A DNA stretch of 61,915 nucleotides, the filler included. It is 7 parts of 7 records of this genome, joined end to end, with 100 filler letters (N's around TTAATTAATTAA, not from the genome) between each part and the next. Parts side by side here need not be neighbours in the genome. Positions count along the whole stretch, not along the records: positions 28,351 to 43,453 come from SRR31147125_7243; positions 43,554 to 48,708 come from SRR31147125_7247; positions 48,809 to 61,915 come from SRR31147125_7258; 4 more parts are not named here. The stretch is one strand, 5' to 3'. The translations under genes and the position numbers were made by a program. The notes below the pieces were generated by a model. It was not told the DNA's origin. It saw only the letters and a program-made list of their open reading frames with translations, and did not search any database. Below, one piece after another: positions 42,614 to 51,884 of the stretch. Position 1 is the stretch's first letter. Each line of letters starts with the position of its first letter.

Positions 42614-42827
42614 TGAAGTAAAAAAAGATAACATGAAATATATTGAAAAGGTAGCATATAATAGAGAATTATTCTTATTAGCTATTGAAATCCTCAAAGA
42701 AAATAATATACCTATTAATGATGAAAATCCATTTATTTTACTTCAAACATTAAAAGAAAATGAAGAAATTAAATATATTTTTATGGGACTAGAAGAGTTG
42801 AAAAATAAAAATAAATCATATGATTAA
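42591..42827 (+). CDS. 78-aa hypothetical protein coupled to the NTase
   Basis: Overlaps NTase 3' end by 23 nt; AGGAGG upstream. Confidence 0.6.
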   Translation: MRSKKLFDEVKKDNMKYIEKVAYNRELFLLAIEILKENNIPINDENPFILLQTLKENEEIKYIFMGLEELKNKNKSYD

Positions 42828-42980
42828 AAAAATTAGTTACAGTTGTTAGCGTTTTAATGGAGAGCCTTTCAATAGTGTGTTTATTATTGTTGAATAAATA
42901 AGATCAACGTCAATAAGTTCCTTGCTATTGAGATATCTTTATTTTTTTCAAAAAATAGTGTAATATAAAATAGAAGAAGT

Positions 42981-43061
42981 AAAACAACTATGAATTGCAA
43001 AGTTGGGGAATGATTGCACTTGTTTGTTGAAGTTTAAAGCGACAAATAGGAGTCGCTTTTT
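42981..43061 (+). ncRNA. Structured element copy 2: GGGG-loop hairpin plus terminator in the leader of the helicase gene
   Basis: TGCAA-aGTTGGGGAATga-TTGCA, then AGCGACA-7 nt-GTCGC-T5; a -10-like TAAAAT lies just upstream. Confidence 0.55.
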
Positions 43062-43083
43062 CTTTATATTTGAAGGGGTAATA

Positions 43084-43453
43084 ATGAAAAATATATTAGC
43101 GAAAAAAATCGAAGTAATGAAAGACAATGGATTATTTCTATTTGATGCACCAACAGGATTAGGTAAAACGACTTCGGCTATAGAACTAATTCAAGATTTT
43201 TTAAATAAAAAAATACATACTGATAAAAAGCAATTGTTCTTTATAACTAATTTAAAAAAATTTGCCAATCATTAAAGTTAGAGAATTGTTAAGTGAAGAA
43301 AAACATGATTCTGTATTGTTTTTAAAACCAAATCATGAATCAGTTATTGAAAACTGGGAATGCATCAAGAGTGAAATTCCAAGTGTTATATCGAATTCAA
43401 GAGAATTCAAAGATTTAAATTTAGATATAAACGAATATCACAAGCACCGATTG
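43084..43453 (+). CDS. SF2 helicase-like P-loop protein, 3'-truncated, frameshift in A7 at 43254-43260
   Basis: RBS GAAGGGG; FLFDAPTGLGKT Walker A; continues in the shifted frame LPIIKVRE. Confidence 0.7.
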
Positions 43454-43553
43454 NNNNNNNNNNNNNNNNNNNNNNNNNNNNNNNNNNNNNNNNNNNNTTA
43501 ATTAATTAANNNNNNNNNNNNNNNNNNNNNNNNNNNNNNNNNNNNNNNNNNNN
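43454..43553. other. Artificial contig linker
   Basis: N44-TTAATTAATTAA-N44. Confidence 0.98.
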
Positions 43554-43822
43554 AGCACAAATGCCAGCACATCGGACTGGACAATGCCCATCTGGGTTCT
43601 GGGCCGCTTGTATACGGCATAGACGTTTTCCACGGATCCCCTTGAGTTATAGACATGGAGATCAAATCCGTACTTTTTGGCCAGGTCCATCATATTCAGG
43701 CCGAATTGGTAATAGGTTCCTTTTTTACCGCCCGTAATCACCCCCAGGTCCACACCCCATGAGATTCCGGACATGGCCGTCCAGAGGAAAAGGATCAGAA
43801 TCGCCAGATGTTTTCGATGCAT
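43554..43822 (-). CDS. TAXI-family TRAP solute-binding protein, 3'-truncated
   Basis: Signal peptide; TGGKKGTYYQFG, GSVENV, GIVQSDV. Confidence 0.9.
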
Positions 43823-44054
43823 AATTATCCCCCATGCGAAAATCGGTTAAGGCAAATTTCTGCTGTTGACGGAACCCCAGGGCCCTTGGGACGGGCGGCA
43901 GTTCCGCTAACGGATTTGGATACAAATTAAAATTTTCGGATAATTCAGTCTGTTACCTCTCTATCAAATCTGGAGGTAAAGTCAAGACGCATGGAGATTA
44001 ATTTGGGGAAAACCACGGCCGGGGACCTGCCATCTGCCCCGGCCGGCCAGAGGC

Positions 44055-44381
44055 TCAATAGTAAACCGGTTCCGCATATTCAATGCCGTATCCGTACTGT
44101 CCGCCGGGGGAAGAGGTGCCCAGGTTGTTGGACCATTTCACATATCCTGAATAATACTCGTATCTTTCAGGGCCCTTGCTTGACTGGTCATAATTTTTTA
44201 TTCTGATATAGACCTGCTGTCCGATTTCCATTTCTTCGTCCACAGCCATGTAATTGCCGCCGCTGCTGTAGTTATACATACCTGCATCGTAATAGTTGTC
44301 CCGGTCATCATATCGGTAGAGATAGACCTGGGTGTCGCAGCCATGGCGTTCATAGGTCCTTTTTTCTGAATAGTCTGTCAT
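44055..44381 (-). CDS. Stand-alone PilZ-domain protein
   Basis: RxxxR (KRTYER) and NxSxxG (NYSSGG); ATG 44381 after GAGGAGA. Confidence 0.82.
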   Translation of the reverse strand: MTDYSEKRTYERHGCDTQVYLYRYDDRDNYYDAGMYNYSSGGNYMAVDEEMEIGQQVYIRIKNYDQSSKGPERYEYYSGYVKWSNNLGTSSPGGQYGYGIEYAEPVYY

Positions 44382-44593
44382 TTTCTCCTCCTCTGTGAAT
44401 GGATTGGGTCCAGGGGGATGCGCTTCCTGCCCTGGATGTGACGAATTGTAAGGGTTGTTTGGCAGTGTAGCAATTGTGATGGTCAAAGTACACCCCGGAA
44501 TAAAAAAACCATATTCCCCTTGAGCCCGGCCCTTCCCTGATTTATAAATATAGGTCTGAAAACCTTAACCCCTTTGATGGAAAAGAGAGGCCC

Positions 44594-45135
44594 ATGACCC
44601 CCTGGTGTGTAAGAAAAGTTCTGCCCAATGTAAAAGATTTTAAGCAATTCTGGAAAGATGAGGGGCCGTTTGCCTATGCCCTGACATCCAGGGAGTTTCC
44701 CCCGGTCCTTCTGGAACCTGAGGAATGGATATTCGGCAATGACCCCATTGCCGTTATCAAAGAACTCATGGGATTTTCAAAAACAAAAATGGCCTTTGTC
44801 AGGGCGCCTTTCAACCCGGACAATAAACGTATTCTGAGGCCTGACGGAATCTGCGCCTGGAAGATCAGCCATTTTCCCGAAGAATGGAACACAATGGTCT
44901 GTGCCGCCTTTGTACCCGAAGGCCATCTGACCGGGGCTGTGATGGCGGAATTGTCCGCCCTGGGGGCGGCTGAGGATCCGGCCGGGGTTGAAGATGCCTT
45001 TTTCAGTCTGATTCAAAAAGAACTGGATGCCATGGGGTATGTATGGCTCTCCCCCGGGGAAAATCAAAGTCCGCCGCCATCCGTGACTATATGGACGAGT
45101 GGGAAGCCGATGAAAAGGATGCCGGCCTTTGTTGA
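44594..45135 (+). CDS. Hypothetical protein, frameshift in G4 at 45056-45059
   Basis: Adding one G gives KSAAIRDYMDEWEADEKDAGLC* ending at 45135 and removes the overlap with the convergent gene. Confidence 0.6.
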
Positions 45136-45159
45136 GCCAGAAGGTTCGGGTGCCGGGGA

Positions 45160-45957
45160 TCAGATTTCACCCTGGGTGATCAGGCGGGCCAGAAGCGCCT
45201 TGTAATCCACGCCTGCCTTGACAAAGCCCTTGGTTCCGTATTTCATATTCCCCTCCAGTACGTAGAATCTTTTGCCGGATCGGGCAATATCCAGGCCCAC
45301 ATCATCCCATCCGCATTTTCGGGCCGTGGACAGTGCCAGGTTGTATACATCCGTGGGCAGGGGGTCAAAACATATGTCCCCGCCCTGGGAGATATTTGTT
45401 TTGAATCCGGATCCCGGCGCCTTTCGCCAGAAGGCCAGTCTCACTTTGGTGCCGATGACCACAATACGCATATCCCTGTCAATGGGCAGGTACTCCTGGA
45501 TGTAGGCCGGGCCTTTTATGGCCAGGTAGGCAGTGAGGTCTTCCTGGTTTTGGATGAGAAAAACCCCGTTTCCCCGGGCCGACCCCCTGGGGATTTTGGC
45601 CACGAAAGGGAAATCGAAATGGGAAAGAATACCCTTTTTCTGGCCGGGTCCGTAAAAGATACGGGTCCGGGGATGGGGGATGCCCTGAAGGTTAAATGCG
45701 GCGGTCTGTTTTATTTTGTCCTGGGCAAATTTATAGGTGTGATAGCTGGGGAAGGTCGGTTTGCCCATGGCATTGAACAGATCCGCGTAAAAGGCTGTGG
45801 GGTAATAGATTTTTTCAGCCCCGAGGATCCGTTTCTGTTCCCTGGGGCTGTAATCGGTAAAATTGGGCCTGAATCCCAGGGTCAGCATCCCCGGCCATTT
45901 TTTCAGGCGGGCCCCGATGGCCACAGGTCTTTGCCCGGGCTGTCGGGGACGGTTCAT
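45160..45957 (-). CDS. RimK-family ATP-grasp ligase
   Basis: QDKIKQ, PFVAKIPRGSARGNGVFL, YIQEYL, DMRIVVIG, GLDI, LEGN. Confidence 0.85.
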   Translation of the reverse strand: MNRPRQPGQRPVAIGARLKKWPGMLTLGFRPNFTDYSPREQKRILGAEKIYYPTAFYADLFNAMGKPTFPSYHTYKFAQDKIKQTAAFNLQGIPHPRTRIFYGPGQKKGILSHFDFPFVAKIPRGSARGNGVFLIQNQEDLTAYLAIKGPAYIQEYLPIDRDMRIVVIGTKVRLAFWRKAPGSGFKTNISQGGDICFDPLPTDVYNLALSTARKCGWDDVGLDIARSGKRFYVLEGNMKYGTKGFVKAGVDYKALLARLITQGEI

Positions 45958-47577
45958 CTGGCCCCTGCCCAGGATTTGATCTGGATCGGTTTGGCCGGAA
46001 ATGGGCAATACCCGTTAATGCCTGCGGCCTTGAATTCCTTTTCCAGGGGGGCGGGTCCAGGTTTTTTTGAAGGGATGAAACCACCATGGGCAGGTCGTCC
46101 GGACTATAGAATTCCCTGATTTCCCTTGCCAGGTCCGGGGCGGAAACATTACCGATAAAGAGTCCCGTGACCAGGGCCGCAGGTTTTTGGGAAACAATGG
46201 ATTCAAATGCTTTTGGGGCCCGGTAAAGGTCCGGGCATCGTATCCGCAGCCGTGTATCAGTTTGGCATAGACATCAAGATAGGCCAAAGAGGGGTGAATG
46301 ACCGCAATAAAGGGGCGGTCATTCCGGGAACGGTCCTGGTAAATCTGGGTGTACTTTTTCACTGTGGATATCCGGTTGCGCTTTTTTAACACCTTGATAA
46401 AAGTTTCAAGGGTCCGGACAGGGGCGTGGCCTTCCAGGTAATTGGAGCTGATATAAAAAAAGGTGTCCGAATCCATGAGGGCATTGATGAGATTGGCGGC
46501 CCCGGCATCCAGAATGCTTATACCCAGTGCCTCGCCGGTTTTGGTCCCTGATTCGATTTTCTTTTTGACTTCGGCAATGATATAGTCAGAGCAGTGCCGG
46601 TCAAGGGCTTTTACGGCAGCCATCCGGATGTACATGGCCGGATCTGTGGCACCATTGAGAAGCGGGGCGGCAGACTCAATTTCCGGGAAATGGGAGAGGG
46701 CCGTATACACGGCAAATTTTACAGGCTTTTCAATATCTTTGCGGGCCGCAAGGGCGATCAGGTCCCCCAGGGATTCCTGGGGAATGGTTTTGCCGGCCAG
46801 CCCCAACAGGTTGACCAGAAGGTCCGGATCCCGGCTTTCCATGCTGGCACGGAGGGCCCGGGCCACCCTTTCCCCCTGGTCCGAGAAGTATAAATAGGCC
46901 TGGTAGCGGTCTGCCAGGTGTCTGGAGGCCAGGCGCTCGGTATTTTCTGCAAGTCCGCTCCGGGCCGGGGCAGGCCCGGGTTCCTGAATGACGCTTCCTG
47001 AGACTTTTTCCTTTAATATATCCAGGGCGTCAAGGACATCATTGTCGCATTTTTCAGTGCCGGCCACCTGTTCCAGGCGCATGAGGGCCTTGGGTGTGCC
47101 CATACGCTCCAATGCCTTGACCGCCTCCTTTTTCAGGGTTTCATCATCATAGAAAATAAATTCAGCCACATCCCCGGCCAGGTCGTCCAGCCTGAGTTTG
47201 CCCACGGTTCTGAGGATCTGGTTCAACAGGCTCCCGTTTGTCTCTCTGGCCAGGATATGCTTGAGCAGGGGGGTGACTTGGCCCAGTTGGTCCTGGCTGG
47301 CATGGGACAGGAGGAGGGGGGCAAATGGATAGTGGAGATGGGCCCTGTCCACAGCGAGCTGAAAGAGCCGGGAGTGGACAGGATGTCCGGGGTCAATATG
47401 GTCCAGAAGAAAGCTCAGCAGCTCAAGCGCCTCCCTGTCTCCGGCCAGGGCAAGGAGTTCAATGACGCTGTTCTGTTCCTCTTCGGTTTTTTGGTCAAGG
47501 TGGGCCAATGCCGTTTTGGCGTCTTCCCGCCGCCGGGATTTAATTATTTCTTTTAGATCCGAGATATACCCGGCCAT
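45954..47577 (-). CDS. HEAT-repeat protein with C-terminal receiver-like domain, two homopolymer frameshifts (about 46212 and 46048)
   Basis: HEAT repeats (EAVKALERMG, IRMAAVKAL); repaired tail reads AFESIVSQKPAALVTGLF..LPMVVSS..PFPAKP and ends in an ATGA overlap with rimK. Confidence 0.7.
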
Positions 47578-47598
47578 CTCCGTTCTCCTTTGCTTCAC

Positions 47599-48612
47599 TT
47601 AATTATATCCTTGGGGGTTTTGATGCTGCCAGTTCCAGGAATCCAGGCACATTTCATCCATGGTTTTTTCAGCTTTCCATCCCAATTCCATTTCGGCCCG
47701 GGCCGGGTCTGCCCAGCATGCGGCAATATCGCCAGGCCGCCTTGGGGCAATGGTATGGGGAATCTTGTGACCGCAGGCTTTTTCAAAACCCCGGATCATT
47801 TCAAGTACGGAATAGCCCCTTCCCGTGCCCAGGTTGTATATGTTTACTCCCGGGGCCGCCATGAGTTTAGGCAGGCTGAAAATATGGCCCAGGGCCAGGT
47901 CCACCACATGGATATAATCCCTTACCCCGGTTCCGTCCGGGGTATCATAGTCATTGCCGAAGACATTGACTTGGGGCAGTTCTCCCACTGCCACCTTGGC
48001 GACATAGGGCATGAGGTTGTTGGGGATGCCCCTGGGATCTTCTCCGATCAGGCCGCTGGGGTGTGCCCCCACCGGATTGAAATACCTGAGCAGTCCGATA
48101 TGCCAGGTGTTATCCGCCCGGTACAGGTCCTGGAGGATTTCTTCGATCATCAACTTGGTCCTGCCGTAGGGATTTGTCACGGAAAGGGGAAAATCCTCTT
48201 TTATGGGCAGGCTGGCCGGATTCCCATATACCGTGGCCGAGGAGGAGAATACAATGGATTTCACCCCGGCCTTTCCCATGGCCGCCACAAGGTTCAGGGT
48301 GCCGGTGATATTGTTATTGTAATAGGTCAGGGGCTGTTCCACGGATTCCCCCACCGCCTTGAGCCCGGCAAAGTGAATCACGGCGTCGATATCCCCATGA
48401 TCCCGGAAAACCGATGCCAGACCCTGGGGATCCAGAAGATCCACCTTATAAAAATCCAGGGATCTGCCTGTAATCTTCTGTACCCGGTCCAGGGAAGCTT
48501 CACTGGCGTTGATCAGATTGTCCACTACAACAACGTCATAATCCTTGTTCAATAATTCTACACAGGTATGGCTGCCGATATAGCCGGCACCGCCGGTAAC
48601 AAGTATTTTCAT
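47599..48612 (-). CDS. galE: UDP-glucose 4-epimerase
   Basis: GGAGYIGSH, FAGLKAVGES, YGRTK, LRYFNPVGAH. Confidence 0.97.
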   Translation of the reverse strand: MKILVTGGAGYIGSHTCVELLNKDYDVVVVDNLINASEASLDRVQKITGRSLDFYKVDLLDPQGLASVFRDHGDIDAVIHFAGLKAVGESVEQPLTYYNNNITGTLNLVAAMGKAGVKSIVFSSSATVYGNPASLPIKEDFPLSVTNPYGRTKLMIEEILQDLYRADNTWHIGLLRYFNPVGAHPSGLIGEDPRGIPNNLMPYVAKVAVGELPQVNVFGNDYDTPDGTGVRDYIHVVDLALGHIFSLPKLMAAPGVNIYNLGTGRGYSVLEMIRGFEKACGHKIPHTIAPRRPGDIAACWADPARAEMELGWKAEKTMDEMCLDSWNWQHQNPQGYN

Positions 48613-48708
48613 TGGATATCCTTAAAACGATTCAGGGTAACGGGTTTCAGTACAGCTGTTTCTTGGAATAATGTCCTGCATATCCTACATGGTTTGCAGT
48701 CTTTTGTA

Positions 48709-48808
48709 NNNNNNNNNNNNNNNNNNNNNNNNNNNNNNNNNNNNNNNNNNNNTTAATTAATTAANNNNNNNNNNNNNNNNNNNNNNNNNNNNNNNNNNNN
48801 NNNNNNNN
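48709..48808. other. Artificial contig linker
   Basis: N44-TTAATTAATTAA-N44. Confidence 0.98.
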
Positions 48809-48809
48809 A

Positions 48810-49304
48810 GAAAGGGAATGGACAGATCCAAATAAAATTATTGACAATATAAATGAATTAAAAACCGGAGATATAATAATAGTAAATAAACATTTCGATT
48901 TATACTCAGTATGGGGGCATTCGGCGATATATTTATCTGATACTGCTTATGTAGGAGAGTACCCACAACTTGGTTACGGATTCTTTTATGTTCCAATAGA
49001 TATATGGGTAAAGGAGATAAAACATAGAAAAGTTATAGTCCTTAGGTTAAAAAATATAACAGATGATTTTAGATATGACCTACAGAACATAATAGAGGAA
49101 AATAAATATAAAAACTATAAAATAGTTTTTGATAAAAACTCAAATGAAGCTTACTATTGCTCACAATGGGTTTGGAAAATGTTTCAGATAACCGCAGAAA
49201 AATATGGTGTCGAATTAGATTTAGACAGCGATAAAGGAGTATTGGTTCTTCCATATGATTTTCTTGATTCAGAATTTCTGGAGGTTGTAAATATAAATTA
49301 TTAA
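48810..49304 (+). CDS. Permuted papain-like NlpC/P60 (YiiX/YebB-type) enzyme, 5'-truncated; not in the ORF track
   Basis: Open frame with LKTGDII, WGHSAIY, YYCSQWVW, VLPYDF. Confidence 0.8.
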   Translation, partial: EREWTDPNKIIDNINELKTGDIIIVNKHFDLYSVWGHSAIYLSDTAYVGEYPQLGYGFFYVPIDIWVKEIKHRKVIVLRLKNITDDFRYDLQNIIEENKYKNYKIVFDKNSNEAYYCSQWVWKMFQITAEKYGVELDLDSDKGVLVLPYDFLDSEFLEVVNINY

Positions 49305-49322
49305 ATTTTGGAGGTGTGAAAT

Positions 49323-50752
49323 ATGTATGACATGAATTTATCAGATCCGTTTTCACTTAAAGAAATGAGCCTTGAATTGGCAAAATTGCAAAGAATTGCA
49401 AAAGAAAAAAAGCTACCAATAATGATAATTTTTGAAGGATTAGATGCTGCAGGTAAGGGAACGCTTATAAATGAACTATTACTTGCATTAGATCCTAGAG
49501 GGTATAAAGTTTTTTCTAATGTTAAAAATAATGAAGAAGAGAAATTACGACCATTCTTCTGGAAATTTTGGAATCATTTTCCCGCTGAAGGAGAAATAGC
49601 GCTATTCGATAGAAGTTGGTATTATTCACTTCTTAAAGATTATAGCAAAAATAATGCTAATACAAAAAAAATGATAAAAGAGATTATTAATACAGAAACT
49701 ATGCTTGAAAGAGATGGGATGCTAATTATTAAATTCTTTTTATTTATTGATAAAAAGACACAGCTCAGAAGATTAGAGAAATTAGAAGCGAATAAATCAA
49801 CTTCTTGGAAAGTAACAAAATCAGATTGGAAACATCATGAGCAATATGATGAGGTATTTTCATCTTATAAAAAGTTAATAAAAAAAACAGATAGTCATAA
49901 TTGCAGATGGCATTTAGTTGACTCAGAGGATTTGAAAGAAGCAAAAAAAGAGTCTTTAGAATAATGATTGCTGAAATTGAGGATTATTTAGAAAAAATCA
50001 GATTGGATAAATGTCTAATTTTATCTGAGAATAAAAATAAAATTAATTTAGATAGTATTGACCTAAATGGTAAAATTGAAAAAGGTGAATATAAAGATAA
50101 ACTGAAAAAATATCAAAAGAAACTAAGAAAACTAGAGCATTTATTATATAAAAATCGTATTCCATTAGTAATTGCATATGAAGGATGGGATGCTGGTGGA
50201 AAAGGTGGAAATATTAGAAGATTAGTTGAAAATTTAGATCCAAGAGGTTATGATGTTATTCCTATTGCTGCACCAAATGATATAGAGAAAAGACATCATT
50301 ACTTATGGAGGTTTTGGACTAAATTTCCAAAAGGTGGTCATATTGCAATATTTGATAGAACTTGGTATGGAAGAGTACTTGTAGAGAGGGTAGAAGGATT
50401 TTGTTCAGAAAATGAGTGGAAACGGGCTTATCAAGAGATTAACCTGATGGAACGGCAGTGGGAAAATTATGGAGCTATCGTTCTAAAATTTTGGATACAC
50501 ATTGATAAAGATGAACAATTAAGAAGGTTTGAAGAAAGACAACAAAATCCGCATAAACAATGGAAAATTACTGAAGAGGATTGGCGAAATAGAGAGAAAT
50601 GGGATACCTATCAATTAGCAATTGAGGAGATGATTAGCCGTACAAGTTCTAAAAGCGCTCCGTGGTATATTGTTGAAGGAAACTCTAAACTAAACGCTAG
50701 ACTAAAAGTAATGGAAATAGTGATTGATGCGATAGAGTCCAAATTAAAATAA
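49323..50752 (+). CDS. ppk2: Two-domain PPK2 (polyphosphate:AMP phosphotransferase), split by a 1-nt frameshift in A7 at 49943-49949
   Basis: EGLDAAGKG/FDRSWY and EGWDAGGKGG/FDRTWYGRVL; adding one A gives AKKRVFRIMIAE. Confidence 0.9.
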
Positions 50753-50838
50753 TCTGAGTTAACTCTTTAAGTGTGTTTTATAATTGATATGGCATAATAA
50801 TAGTATAAAAAAATAATCTGAGTGATGGAGGTAGAATC

Positions 50839-51006
50839 ATGAAAAGATATTTTCTGCTATTGCTAGCCTTATCTTCTATATCATGTTCCACATTGCTTAC
50901 TCAACAAAGCCAAATCGGATATGTGAAAGATTCAAATATAAAAGTACCTGAAAAAACAGTTGATTTGAAAGAGTTATTTGTAGGCAAGAGAGAAAACTTG
51001 GAATAA
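50839..51006 (+). CDS. 55-aa putative lipoprotein
   Basis: RBS GGAGGT; MKRYFLLLLALSSISC signal; followed by a terminator. Confidence 0.65.
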   Translation: MKRYFLLLLALSSISCSTLLTQQSQIGYVKDSNIKVPEKTVDLKELFVGKRENLE

Positions 51007-51021
51007 GAAAATAATTAAATA

Positions 51022-51060
51022 ATTTAAAAGCTGCTGGCTATTTGCCAGCAGCTTTTAAAT
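51022..51060. terminator. Bidirectional terminator
   Basis: TTTAAAAGCTGCTGGC ... GCCAGCAGCTTTTAAA. Confidence 0.9.
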
Positions 51061-51866
51061 TATTTAATTATATTACAAATTTTATTAAATGAGACTTTTC
51101 TTTGTTTATAGGTAGAGATATATTTGAAACCAAGGCTTTCTAGAAAACTATATGCCTCCTGTATATGTGAACCAACAAATTTAGAATTATGTGAATCAGA
51201 GCCGACAGTGATAATCTCTCCACCAAGTTCCTTATATCTTGCGATTATTTCATCACTAGGATGAAAAGAGTCGTTCCCTTTATTTTTATATGAAGTATTA
51301 ACTTCAATCCCTTTTCCATTGTGGATAAGTTGACGTAAAATTTCATCAATTATATCACCAAGTTCAGAATAATTAAAGCCTTTGTCTTCAAATTTACCAT
51401 ACCTAATAATATAGTCTAAATGTCCCCAACAATCAAAATCGTAATACCTTTTAACACATTCATACATATATTCATAATATTTACTGTAACCTTGAAGTTT
51501 TGTTAATCCGTCCCAATATTCATCCCATAATGCACTAACATAGTTAACTCTATGGGTAGAAGCGAGAACATAGTCAAAATCAAAGCTATTAGCTAAATTA
51601 GAAAAGGTTGGGATATTTTCGATAGAAATTCCCATTTCTACCCCTAACTTAATATCAATTTTTTCTTTATATCTACTTTGTATATCATAAAACTCTTTAA
51701 CATATTTTGTATAATCTATCTTTTCTAAATTATCTAATAGTTCATAATGATCAGTAAAACATATTTCGTTTATTCCTTTATTTATGGAAGACTCTACAGT
51801 CTCCGCCATACTTGTTTTGCTATCATGTGACCACTCAGTATGCAAGTGGTAATCTGCTGTAAACAT
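51060..51866 (-). CDS. HisJ/HisK-family PHP phosphatase, paralogue 2
   Basis: DYHLHT, FTDH, GVE, STH, GHLD, EVNT, GSDSH. Confidence 0.9.
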   Translation of the reverse strand: MFTADYHLHTEWSHDSKTSMAETVESSINKGINEICFTDHYELLDNLEKIDYTKYVKEFYDIQSRYKEKIDIKLGVEMGISIENIPTFSNLANSFDFDYVLASTHRVNYVSALWDEYWDGLTKLQGYSKYYEYMYECVKRYYDFDCWGHLDYIIRYGKFEDKGFNYSELGDIIDEILRQLIHNGKGIEVNTSYKNKGNDSFHPSDEIIARYKELGGEIITVGSDSHNSKFVGSHIQEAYSFLESLGFKYISTYKQRKVSFNKICNIIK

Positions 51867-51884
51867 TTCTCCTCCGATTTAAAA

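Noticed and set aside
41933-42827. Simple MNT-HEPN toxin-antitoxin pair
   Set aside because: The NTase is 226 aa, the small ORF has no RxxxxH, and coupling to the channel gene fits a Hailong-like system better.
43003-43083. TTG-started extension of the helicase ORF, or a leader peptide (MNCKVGE)
   Set aside because: It overlaps the hairpin/terminator element, and no equivalent peptide exists in copy 1.
28351-43453. Genetic code 4 (TGA=Trp) for the very AT-rich contig
   Set aside because: Long genes are open under code 11, use TGG for Trp, and several end properly in TGA.
43845-43915. c-di-GMP-I riboswitch (GGCAAA seen near the PilZ gene)
   Set aside because: Wrong strand for the downstream gene and no GNRA/receptor or GCAAAG elements.
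47590-48555. 321-aa plus-strand ORF and other antisense ORFs in 45272-47556
   Set aside because: Shadow ORFs opposite galE, the HEAT gene and rimK in GC-rich DNA; no motifs.
13020-49949. Programmed frameshifting or phase variation at the split genes
   Set aside because: Short runs, nearly all in the same direction, across several unrelated organisms and in ordinary enzymes; sequencing error is more parsimonious.
14609-50752. ppx-ppk1 plus ppk2 as one polyphosphate locus
   Set aside because: They lie on different contigs separated by linkers; a shared genome is possible but not shown.
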